A DNA stretch of 64,000 nt from Gammaproteobacteria bacterium (GTDB lineage: Bacteria; Pseudomonadota; Gammaproteobacteria; GCA-002705445; GCA-002716945), in contig JAYQJW010000007.1 in the NCBI GenBank assembly GCA_038142325.1, forward strand, positions 1 to 64,000, in the 5' to 3' direction. Shown here one piece after another: positions 1 to 9,302 of this stretch. The position numbers and the translations under genes are program-made. Position 1 is the first letter of the stretch, and each line of letters starts with the position of its first letter. Under the pieces are notes generated by a model, which was not told the origin of the DNA, did no database searches, and saw only the letters and a program-made list of their open reading frames with translations.

Positions 1-377
1 CAATATCCCAACATACCGAGCGTTCCTGAATATGAATAAGGCTGTATGGAGTCACCACCATACTGATTGAGATTAGTCTTGATATTTCCCGTTATGAGCT
101 TTAATGCATAGTCCCATGAGACTCTTTTGAATTTTCCTTTAGAACCCTTCGGCCCTATTCTTATATGCGGATACAATACTCGGTTTTTATTATAAACAAG
201 ATCAAGGTAATGATTGACTTTGTTGCATAAAAATCCTTTTGTTATCGGATGTTTTTCGTTGCCTTTTAACTTAACTGCTTTTCCAGTAGATTTATCAACT
301 GTTACGACTAGAGAACATGTATCTGGACAATCGTGTGGACATGTAACATTAATATTTTTAAATTTAGGCTGACGCAT
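1..377 (-). CDS. Molybdopterin (bis-MGD) oxidoreductase catalytic subunit, N-terminal part; runs off the window
   Basis: Manual translation from ATG at 377: MRQPKFKNINVTCPHDCPDTCSLVVTV...KGNEKHPITKGFLCNKV...RVLYPHIRIGPKGSKGKFKRVSWDYAL...PYSYSGTLGMLG. It has the CxxxCxxxC...C Fe-S motif and GFLC/RVSWD motifs of the DMSO reductase superfamily. Overlaps the stop of the upstream gene. Confidence 0.85.
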   Translation of the reverse strand, partial: MRQPKFKNINVTCPHDCPDTCSLVVTVDKSTGKAVKLKGNEKHPITKGFLCNKVNHYLDLVYNKNRVLYPHIRIGPKGSKGKFKRVSWDYALKLITGNIKTNLNQYGGDSIQPYSYSGTLGMLGY

Positions 378-2004
378 TTATCTTACTTAATTTTGATAAT
401 TTAATAGCTCCTGTTGGACAAGCTTTTTCACACTCACCACACCGAACACATTTTTTTGGATCGATATATAAAAGTCCATGATAGATTCCATGCGACTTGC
501 CAGGTTCAATATTTTTAAGTTCGATTTCACCATTTTCTTTTACTGATTTCGATGATACTTCTTTGATACATCCATCAACAGGTTTAACAAGAAGACATTC
601 ATCACACAAGACACACAAATCATTATTGATTTCAAATTGGTAATGACACAAATAACATCTTGATGATTCTTTTTTACTTTCTGATTTACTGAACCCTAAT
701 TCTACTTCAGCCTTAAATGTTCTTTGACCAATATCTCTTAATCTCATTTCAGTTAAAGGAATGTAATTAAGATTTAAGCTTCTTTTAGTTTGAGCATTAT
801 TTTTTCTAATAAATTCTTCTCTAGATAAATCTCTTTTCATAAGAAACTTGTCAATCTCATAGGCCACTTTCTTAGCATCACCGATTGCATTAATCAATGT
901 AGTTGCTCCAAGTTTGTAATCTCCGGCAAAAAATACATTTTTTAATTTATTCCGATTTTTAAACTCTTGTTTTTGTCCGATTGCCAAGATTATGTGATCA
1001 GTCTTGATTTTAAAATTACTACCACGTATATCTTTTAGAATACCCTTATTATCAACTTTCGTTTTGACTAGCTCTAGGAAATTGAGTCTACCATTTTTTT
1101 CTACAAGCTTATTAGGTCGAGCTCTAAATATCATGTTGCCTTTTTCATTGATAAGCTCTTCTAGTTCACCTGGCAAGATATCTAAATCTCCTTGTTCTCT
1201 TCTGTAAAAAGTCTTGACAGTTTTTGCGCCAAGCCTAAGAGCAGTTCTTGCACAATCCATAGACGTATACCCGCCACCTATAATAACTACGTTTTTACCA
1301 ACACGTTTATCAGACTTCTCATTTACACGCATTAAAAAATCAAGACCATCTTCCACATGTTTATTTTCTTTAAAGGATTTATCAAGGTAATTTGGTTTTA
1401 GTGTACCCATTGCACAGACAACAGCATCAAATTCTCTAGACAATTTTTCTATTTCACTGTTGGATGAGATGTTTTTATTTAGCTCTACTTTTATTCCTAA
1501 GTCTGTAATCTGTTTAATTTCTTTGTTAATAACTTTTCTAGGAAGTCTGAAGACTGGAATGCCTTGATTGAGCATGCCGCCTAGTGATGAGTGTCTTTCA
1601 TATATAGTGACATCGTGCCCACATCTTTTTAATTCAGCTGCTGCTGCTAGTCCAGCTACACCTCCGCCGATCACTAATATATGTTTACGTGTTCTTGGTT
1701 GTTTATTTTTGAGTTTAATATTTTCGTGATATTTATATTTTCCTGAGGCTCTTTTTGAAAAACATATTGATACTGAATCACCATTTTCATCCAAACCATG
1801 TCTACAAGATTTTTCACAAGGCCTAGAGCATACTCGTCCAAGTATTTCTGGAAAGAAGTTATCGTTGAAATTTATATCATAGGCTTTTTCATAATCGTTA
1901 TTATAAATAGCCTCAAGATAACCTGGTATATCGGTATCCGCTGGACAAGAGGTCCTACAAGGAACACTATCTTTGTATTGTTGTTTAAGTTCTGATAAAT
2001 CCAT
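364..2004 (-). CDS. GltD/SudA/DsrL-like FAD/NAD(P)-dependent oxidoreductase with C-terminal ferredoxin domain
   Basis: N-terminal CRTSCP and GRVCSRPCEKSC clusters, GGGVAG FAD site, GGGYTSMD plus YRR, C-terminal RCYLC, CVLCDEC and CVRCGECEKACP. Confidence 0.85.
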   Translation of the reverse strand: MDLSELKQQYKDSVPCRTSCPADTDIPGYLEAIYNNDYEKAYDINFNDNFFPEILGRVCSRPCEKSCRHGLDENGDSVSICFSKRASGKYKYHENIKLKNKQPRTRKHILVIGGGVAGLAAAAELKRCGHDVTIYERHSSLGGMLNQGIPVFRLPRKVINKEIKQITDLGIKVELNKNISSNSEIEKLSREFDAVVCAMGTLKPNYLDKSFKENKHVEDGLDFLMRVNEKSDKRVGKNVVIIGGGYTSMDCARTALRLGAKTVKTFYRREQGDLDILPGELEELINEKGNMIFRARPNKLVEKNGRLNFLELVKTKVDNKGILKDIRGSNFKIKTDHIILAIGQKQEFKNRNKLKNVFFAGDYKLGATTLINAIGDAKKVAYEIDKFLMKRDLSREEFIRKNNAQTKRSLNLNYIPLTEMRLRDIGQRTFKAEVELGFSKSESKKESSRCYLCHYQFEINNDLCVLCDECLLVKPVDGCIKEVSSKSVKENGEIELKNIEPGKSHGIYHGLLYIDPKKCVRCGECEKACPTGAIKLSKLSKINASA

Positions 2005-2071
2005 GAAGATTACCCCATTAATAATTTAGCAAAAAAAAATGAATTTTATAACTACTTCAAATTTATTCAGT

Positions 2072-2091
2072 ATATTAATAGGTCCTAATAT
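2072..2091. promoter_or_regulatory. Palindromic operator candidate ATATTAATAGGTCCTAATAT
   Basis: ATATTA-N8-TAATAT in the divergent intergenic region; 15/20 match to the consensus of the boxes upstream of the dsr genes. Confidence 0.45.
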
Positions 2092-2161
2092 GGCACATAA
2101 AATATATATTTATTTTAAAGATTGTACTAAGATAACTTAATAATTAATTGAAGGAGTTAAC

Positions 2162-2764
2162 ATGAGTTGGAGTTTAGAAGGCAACTATGCTGAAAATTGC
2201 AATTGCGACATAATGTGTCCATGTCTTTATTTGCAAACACCTACAGAGGGTTTCTGCGAAGCCATGTTGGTATGGGACATTAAAAAAGGGCACCTCAACG
2301 ATGTAAACCTTGATGGACTTAAAGTATCTATCTGGTTACATGCACCTGGTCCTCAGTTAACCGAAGGTGGTTTTAAGATTGCGCTTTACATAGATGAAAA
2401 TGCAACTGATGAACAAGCTGCTGCACTGGAAGAGCTTTACGGTGGTAAACATGGTGGGCATCTAGGCGTTATAGCTAGTCTGGTTGGCGAAGTAATGGGT
2501 GTTAAAAGAGCTGCAATTACATGTGATATATCAGGCAATAAAAAAACACTTAAAGTCGAAGGAGCAGGCGAGTGGGATATGGATGCAGTTGAAGATGGAA
2601 ACGGCAACGTTGCGAAATGTGAATATCATCCATTAGCAATTAATCCAGGCTTCCCAGTAGAGGTTAACAAAACAAATAAACAAACGTTTACGGATTATGG
2701 ACAAAATTGGAGCCCTAAACCAGATAGAGTTGGTTTATCAGGACCATTTTCTTACGCGCCATAG
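2162..2764 (+). CDS. DUF1326 family protein (Cys-rich, probably metal-binding)
   Basis: W-x-L-x-G...ENCNCDIMCPC...PTEGFC, LDGL and LYIDENATDEQ motifs; RBS AAGGAG upstream. Confidence 0.85.
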   Translation: MSWSLEGNYAENCNCDIMCPCLYLQTPTEGFCEAMLVWDIKKGHLNDVNLDGLKVSIWLHAPGPQLTEGGFKIALYIDENATDEQAAALEELYGGKHGGHLGVIASLVGEVMGVKRAAITCDISGNKKTLKVEGAGEWDMDAVEDGNGNVAKCEYHPLAINPGFPVEVNKTNKQTFTDYGQNWSPKPDRVGLSGPFSYAP

Positions 2765-2783
2765 TACGGTAAATTTCAAAAAC

Positions 2784-2813
2784 AAAAAAGGAGAGTCTTG
2801 ACTCTCCTTTTTT
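2784..2813. terminator. Intrinsic (bidirectional) terminator
   Basis: AAAAAAGGAGAGT-CTTG-ACTCTCCTTTTTT perfect hairpin after the DUF1326 stop. Confidence 0.9.
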
Positions 2814-2866
2814 ATATTTAAATGAAAGTCATTACTCTATATCATGATTAAATAGTATTAAAAATT

Positions 2867-4292
2867 ATGACTGAAGATCAAGACGATAAAATTAAACAAG
2901 AAATTAATAAGGCTATTAATTTTCTAGGTCAAAACAAATTTGATGAAGCAGAAAAAGCTTGCAAAAAAATCCTAGATGCTGGCGATAATCCAGATGCATA
3001 CCATATTTTATCATCCATAAAAATTTACAAGCGAGAATATGATGAGTCGATTGATTACGTCATGAAGTCAATTGAAATAAATGATACAAACCCTGGATAT
3101 CATGTAACTCTTGGTTGTGCGTATAGTTCAAAACAAGATTATGTTAAGTCGGTTGAAGCATTCAAAAATGCACTCAAGATCAATAGTAAAATTGCCCAAG
3201 TTCATTTTTATCTTGGTGAATCATATCGTAAATTAAAACAATACAATAACGCAATTTCCTCTTTCTACGACACCATTGAATTAGCACCTGATCACACAGG
3301 AGCACACATGTTACTTGGTATTGTTTATCAAGAAAAAAAGCAATTTGATTTATCTATTAACTCATTTAAAAAATGTATTGAAATTATGCCGGATTATGCA
3401 GAAGCACATATAAATCTTGGTTTATGTTATTTATTAATAGGTGATTATGATAACGGATGGAGAGAGTATGAATGGAGAAGGAAACTATTTAAAACTGATG
3501 AAGATAAACTTCAAAAAGAATGGACAGGGCAGAGTCTAGAGAATAAAACATTGTTGGTTATTGATGAAGAATCAACAGATAACTTAATTCATTTCGTTAG
3601 ATTTTTGAAAGAGCTATAGAAAGAGCAATGTAAAATTATACTTCAATGCAATCAACAGTCTCAAACTTTAATGTCACAACAATCATGGATTGATAATGTG
3701 GTTGATCATGAGCACTATCCTGATCATGATTATCATGTACAAATTGGCTCTATAATGAATGTTCTTAAATTCAACCCAAATCATCATGAGCAACGTTTTC
3801 CTTATCTAGAAAGTTAATAACAAGCCATCTGATTTAATTATTGATGATAATCTAAATGTTGGAGTAATTTGGGAGGCAAGTAGAGATTCGAATGCGCATG
3901 ATGATAACAGTATTAACTCAGAGTCACTTGCAAGTGTATTGATGGGACATGAAAATATAATTTGTTTAGATAAAGAAATAAGTAAAGACAACAAGCCAGA
4001 CTTTGTAAATGAAATTGCAGAATATTCAGACCTATTAGAATTAGCGCAACTTATCAAACAGCTAGATGTTGTGCTAACAGTCGACCATACAATAGCACAT
4101 ATAGCTGGAGCGCTTGATGTAAATACAATTCTCATGTTACCTTGTGTTCCTAATTGGAGATGGGATATGAATCACAGAAGTAATTCACCTTGGTACAAAA
4201 GTTTAAAAATATTTAGGCAACAAACGACAGGTGATTGGTCTTCTGTTTTAAATAAAGTCTCTAAATCGTTATTGGAAATAAAAAATGGCTGA
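2867..4292 (+). CDS. TPR-repeat protein with C-terminal glycosyltransferase family 9-like domain; in-frame TAG at 3617 and frameshift near 3810
   Basis: TPR repeats, GWREYEWR and WTGQSLENKTLLV; reading continues in frame past the TAG (KEQCKIILQC). Later VGVIW, LDVVLTVDHTIAHIAGAL and WRW...SPWYKSLKIFRQ...GDW. Confidence 0.75.
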
Positions 4293-5061
4293 ATTTTTAA
4301 TAGACCAAGCACTTAAAGAAGCAATTGATCTACATAATAGAAATCAACTAGATGAAGCAAAATCTATTTATCTTAAAATAATTAATCATGATAATAAAAA
4401 TAGCGATGCTCATCATTTATTGTCACTTATTTATTTAGTAGAGGGTAAACTTGAGGATGCAAAAAAATCTATTGTCTCTGCAATTAATCTCCAACCTGAT
4501 ATAGCTATTTATCATTCCAACTATGGCAACATACTCTATCACAGCAATAATTTAGAATTTGCTATACAAGAACATAAAAGGGCAATTAAGCTAGATAAGA
4601 AAAATTTTCAATCTTACTATGGTCTTGGAATTATTTATTCTCACCTAAAAAACTTTGAAAAATCTGAAAAGAATTATTTAAAAGCAATATCCATTGATAG
4701 TGAATCATCAGTTGCACACAACAACCTTGCAAATTTATACAATCAGATTAATCCAAATAAGGCTGAAGAGCATTATCTAAAAGTCCTAAAATTAAAATCG
4801 GATGATCCAATGCCATACATAAATATTTCAAATTATTATCTTAAAAATACTAAGTATAAAAAATGCGTATCAGTCCTTGAACAAGCATTAGATAAACAGA
4901 TCAATTCAAAAGAATTACTAAATAATCTTGGGATTGCATATCTTGCAACTAAAGATAATGAAAAATCAAAAATGATGTTTGAGGAAGCTCTTAAAATTGA
5001 TGCAAGCTATAAACCAGCTCTTGATAATCTAGAAAACCTGAAAAATATTGATATTTCTTGA
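4285..5061 (+). CDS. Tetratricopeptide repeat protein
   Basis: Multiple TPR units (DAHHLL, YHSNYGNI, AHNNLAN, LLNNLGIAY). Confidence 0.85.
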   Translation: MAEFLIDQALKEAIDLHNRNQLDEAKSIYLKIINHDNKNSDAHHLLSLIYLVEGKLEDAKKSIVSAINLQPDIAIYHSNYGNILYHSNNLEFAIQEHKRAIKLDKKNFQSYYGLGIIYSHLKNFEKSEKNYLKAISIDSESSVAHNNLANLYNQINPNKAEEHYLKVLKLKSDDPMPYINISNYYLKNTKYKKCVSVLEQALDKQINSKELLNNLGIAYLATKDNEKSKMMFEEALKIDASYKPALDNLENLKNIDIS

Positions 5062-5116
5062 GTTTTTTTATTTACATAGGCGTTTTCCTTCTTTAGTATG
5101 ATAAGTAGGGAAGTCT

Positions 5117-6044
5117 ATGTATAAAGCTAATATATCAAAAATATTTGGTGTCTTATTGTCTCTGATTTTAGCCAGTGAGCTATCATTCGCAGGAGGAGTC
5201 AAAGAGGCACTAGATGGTGCTAAAAATAGAGCTATTCAAAACGCTTATTCCTATGGGGATACCGCTATTGAATCTTGGGCCAGAGATAATTTATCCAGTC
5301 TCAGATTGATAGAGGTTGAAACTCGCTCCCGAGCTGATTCGAAACCAACTTTTAGAGCCATTACTCTTTTTGAACTTACTGGAAACCAGTTTGATAAAAT
5401 TCTAAGTCAGATATCATATTCCACTTTCAATGATCGCGAAACACTTAACACTGGTTTAGTTTATAGAACAATGAATCCTGCAATGACACATATTTATGGA
5501 ATAAATATTTTCTATGATCATGAATTTAATACAGGTCATGCAAGAACAGGTCTTGGTTTTGAAATGAAATCATCTGTCTATGACGTCAATATCAATTTCT
5601 ATGAGGCAATGACAGAGAGACATCATGTGAATGGTGTACCAGAAGTAGCTGCAGGTGGTTATGACGCAGAAATAGGTGCATTGCTTACCTTATCTACCAT
5701 GGGCAAAGTTATACTATAAATCTTATCAATGGAATAGTGAGACGCTCAACGTTAAACATGGACAAACAGTAAGTCTCTATATGGAACCTACATCAAGATT
5801 ATCAGTTGAAGCCGGAATGCAGGATGATAGTACTACAAATAATCATAATGCATTTGTAAAAGTAAATTATATCTTGTGTTGTAATGAGAGAAAAATGGGA
5901 CCTAATATCTTCACCGTGTCAAACAATGCCTATAATTTTGGTAGAATTAACCCAGATAGGATGTATGAAAAAGTAAGAAGAGAAAACAATATCGTAACTA
6001 CTAAAGGCGGTGGAGCAATTACACTAACGGCTTCAGGATTCTAA
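5117..6044 (+). CDS. Inverse autotransporter (intimin/invasin-type) beta-barrel protein without passenger; frameshift near 5680
   Basis: Signal peptide; LNTGLVYR, YGINIFYDHEF, HARTGLGFE, NFY, GYDAEIG/LPYLPW and RMYEKVRRENNIV motifs; protein ends ~15 aa after the barrel. Confidence 0.8.
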
Positions 6045-6046
6045 AG

Positions 6047-6920
6047 ATGAAAAGATTAATACCATTTTTATTTATATTCATAATCTCACCAATTCAGGTA
6101 AACGCAGCTTGTAGTGGATCAGATTGTTGTACTGTGTCTTCCAATGTTGTCACTCTTGACAGCGGAAGTTCATGTGCACTTACAACCAGACTCATACGGC
6201 ATAACTGTGTATGAGAAATATTTATGTACTGCTGCTCCAACGGCACCTACAACAACATCTGCTGTTGATTTGTCTAACTGTGTCCAAACATTTGCATCTA
6301 CGAATGGATCAACTGTAAGAATTACAGAAGAAACTAGTGCAACATTTACTGATGGCACGTTTACAAGACCTCCAAATGGAGTATATACACATGGTGTAAT
6401 TTTAATTAAAAATGCATTTCTTATAAAACTTTCTATTCAGTTAGATACTACATGGGATGGTAGTTCATCAGGACAGGGTTTATTTTGTGCAACAGTAGCT
6501 GGATCTGCATATGAGTCAGCATCAAATCAGATGGTATGTGACACGTCGGCTGTTACAGCAGGAGAGCTTGACGCAGGCTTATCAAGTTTTGGATCAGACG
6601 GATTAGGAAATCCAGAGTTTTCTGCAACTGCCTCGAATCTTAACAACACAGGTGCGAGTATATCAGGATATCTTTTGAACACTAGCGATTATCTAGCAAC
6701 ATCTACTGCAGAGGCGATAGCAAAAGAACGTCTACTCGGCATTAATACTTTTGCAACTCCAGTTGTGGTTACAGAAGAGACTGCTGGTTTTGATATGGCA
6801 TTTGGTATTAACCAAGGCGCAACTATATGGTCAGAAGGTGATAGCAATGCAAATGGTTATGAGGAAATAGGTGCAGGTAGTGGACCGTTCCAGGTAATAA
6901 TAACGCCCACAAACTTCTAA
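6047..6920 (+). CDS. Secreted Ser/Thr/Cys-rich hypothetical protein; frameshift near 6180
   Basis: ATG at 6047 gives MKRLIPFLFIFIISPIQVNA-ACSGSDCC (signal peptide), joining the 6114-6920 frame at QPDSYGITVYEKYLC. Confidence 0.7.
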
Positions 6921-6934
6921 TTTTGTATTAAATT

Positions 6935-7332
6935 TTATTTATGACACGTATAGTGTTCGGTTGCACATAACTTGCGATTTCTCAAATGAGAAATTATTAA
7001 TAGTGTACTTCCTAGTAATAGTCACAATGATAGTTATAAATTCTTCAGAATGCTGATGCTTAGGAGCTAATTCATGGATAATCATTGCAGTTATTAAACA
7101 CGCTAGCCCTAGGCAACCAAGTATAGCAACTTTAAGGTCACCGTGCTTTTTACATCCTAAAATAAATGCTACTGCTCCACAGGGCAGAATGAAATAAATT
7201 AAGAGCCACATGAAATTCATGGCTTGCTAGAAAAGAATATGGTGCAATTATAAAAATTGCAGGCAAAAAAACACAGTGGATTGCACAAACTGCCGATACT
7301 GTAATACCAAAATTATCTATTATTTTTTGCAT
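6935..7332 (-). CDS. MerC-domain membrane protein; two frameshifts (~7215, ~7017)
   Basis: DNFGITVSAVCAIHCVFLP, GCKKHG, and in the corrected frame LGSTLLIISHLRNRKLC. Confidence 0.75.
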
Positions 7333-7386
7333 GAATTATCAGGGTATTATGCATATATATTATAAAAAATGATAGCATAATTAAAT

Positions 7387-8725
7387 ATGACATCAGAGAA
7401 TTACACATTATGTCTTAAAAATGGTCAAGTCCTAATAGATGATCAGCTTGATAAAAACTAATGTATATGTTCAAGATGAAAAAATATCACTGATATCTGA
7501 CAAAAAATTTACTATCTACTCAAATAATTGAGTGTAAAAATCTAATTATTTTACCTGGTGTTATTGATTCTCAAGTACATTTTAGAGAACCAGGTTTAGA
7601 AGGAAAAGAAACTCTATCTTCTGGCATGTTAGCTGCTATTGCTGGTGGTGTAACATCAATTTTTGAGATGCCCAATACAAATCCACTTACCATCACTCCT
7701 GAAACAATTGAAGACAAATTAACACGCGCAAGTAAAGCTGCTTGGTCAGACTATGCTTTCTATTTAGGCGGGACAATGAGAACATCAAAAAATTTATCTA
7801 AATGGGAAAATATCAAAGGCGTTTGTGGAATTAAAATATTTATGGGTGCAAGTACCGGAGATTTAATGACTGCAACAGATGAAGAAGTTGAGTCAGTTGT
7901 ATCTAATGGCTCAAGAGTCATTGCTGTTCACGCTGAAGATCAAATGATCATGATGGAGAACATGAAATCCATCCTTCGTGATAGCACATGATGTCGGCAT
8001 GCACTGTAAGTGGAGATCGCCTGAGAGCTGTTTGTCAGCAACTAAGCGTGTTGTCGCACTTGCAAGAAAGCACAAACGACGTGTTCATATTCTTCATATT
8101 ACTACTCAAGAAGAAATGGATTTTTTAGAAAAAAATAAAGATGTTGCAAGTGTTGAATTATTAGCTAATCATTTAACATTGAATGCACCTGAATGTTATG
8201 ATAGTCTTGGCACACTTAGCGCAACAAAATCCTCCTATCAGAGAAAAGCATCATCAAGATGCTTTATGGGCAGCATTAAATAATAATATTGTTGATATAG
8301 TTGCATCTGATCACGCACCACACACTCTTGAAGAGAAATCTGCAACATATCCTAAATCACCAAGTGGGACACCAGGCGTTCAAACATTAGTACCTATCAT
8401 GTTAAACCATGTTAATAATGGCAAGCTATCTTTATCTAGGTTAGTAGAGCTATGGAGTTATGGTCCAGAACGTATACATAAAATACACAACAAAGGGAGA
8501 ATAAAAGAGGGATTCGATGCTGATTTCACTATTGTTGATATGAACAAAGAAATGACAATTAATAACAATCAACAGAAATCAAAAAGTAAATGGACGCCTT
8601 ATGATGGCGTAAAAGTTAGAGGATGGCCAACACATACAATTATAAGAGGAAATTGTGTTATGAATAATGATGAGATTATTGGCAAACCAATAGGTGAAAT
8701 GGTCAAATTCAAGGAGACCATGTAA
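7387..8725 (+). CDS. pyrC: Dihydroorotase (amidohydrolase superfamily); about four frameshifts
   Basis: LPGVIDSQVHFREPG, GGVTSIFEMPNTNP, GIKIFMG, VHAED, HILHITT, NPPIR, SDHAPH and DADFTIVD motifs spread over successive frames from ATG 7387. Confidence 0.8.
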
Positions 8726-8736
8726 GTTATTATTCT

Positions 8737-9204
8737 GTGAATACAAAATATAAATTATTTTATGAGTTAGCACTCAACTTAGCAAAGATATCATTTATAA
8801 AAGATGAGGTTCCTGTAGGAGCTGTAATTATCAAAGACGAGACCTATGAGCTGATTAGCTGGAGCTATAATCAGATGAGGACAAATAAATCATCACTTGA
8901 TCATGCAGAAATGATCGCACTTAAAGATGCTATGAAAAGACTGCAAAATGAGCGACTAACAGGATGTTCAATGATTACTACCTTGGAACCGTGCCCTATG
9001 TGTGCACAGGCTATAAGTTATGCCAGATTGAACAATATCATTTTTAGCGCTGAAGATACAAAAAGCGGTGGAATACTCAATGGGCCAAAAATATTTGAAT
9101 CTTCATCGTGTCACCATAAACCTGATGTAATTAGACTAAATGACGGTGAAAAATCAAAAAAACTTCTTCAAAAATTTTTTCAATTAAAGCGAAAAAAAGC
9201 CTAA
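8737..9204 (+). CDS. tadA: TadA-like tRNA adenosine/nucleoside deaminase
   Basis: EVPVGAVI, HAEM and TLEPCPMCAQAI zinc deaminase motifs. Confidence 0.75.
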   Translation: MNTKYKLFYELALNLAKISFIKDEVPVGAVIIKDETYELISWSYNQMRTNKSSLDHAEMIALKDAMKRLQNERLTGCSMITTLEPCPMCAQAISYARLNNIIFSAEDTKSGGILNGPKIFESSSCHHKPDVIRLNDGEKSKKLLQKFFQLKRKKA

Positions 9205-9302
9205 ATTAGCCTTTGTCAAGCTTGTAGATAGCTTTTTTTACAGGTATCGTGAGCACTGCTAATAACTTGGGTATGTTTATTGCACACTAAATTCATGAAA
9301 TT

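Noticed and set aside
364-2004. Calling this gene dsrL or gltD
   Set aside because: The true dsrL is in the operon at 31157 and no gltB is adjacent, so it was left as a family-level call.
2091-2106. TGGCAC as a sigma54 promoter for DUF1326
   Set aside because: There is no TTGC at the -12 position.
3617-3619. In-frame TAG in the TPR-glycosyltransferase as stop-codon recoding (pyrrolysine or alternative code)
   Set aside because: TAG is a normal stop for several other genes here, no pyl genes are seen, and the same gene also has an indel. A sequencing error or nonsense mutation is more likely.
7333-7386. Fur/Zur-like box between the MerC-domain gene and pyrC
   Set aside because: Only a loose AT-rich inverted repeat; too weak to call.
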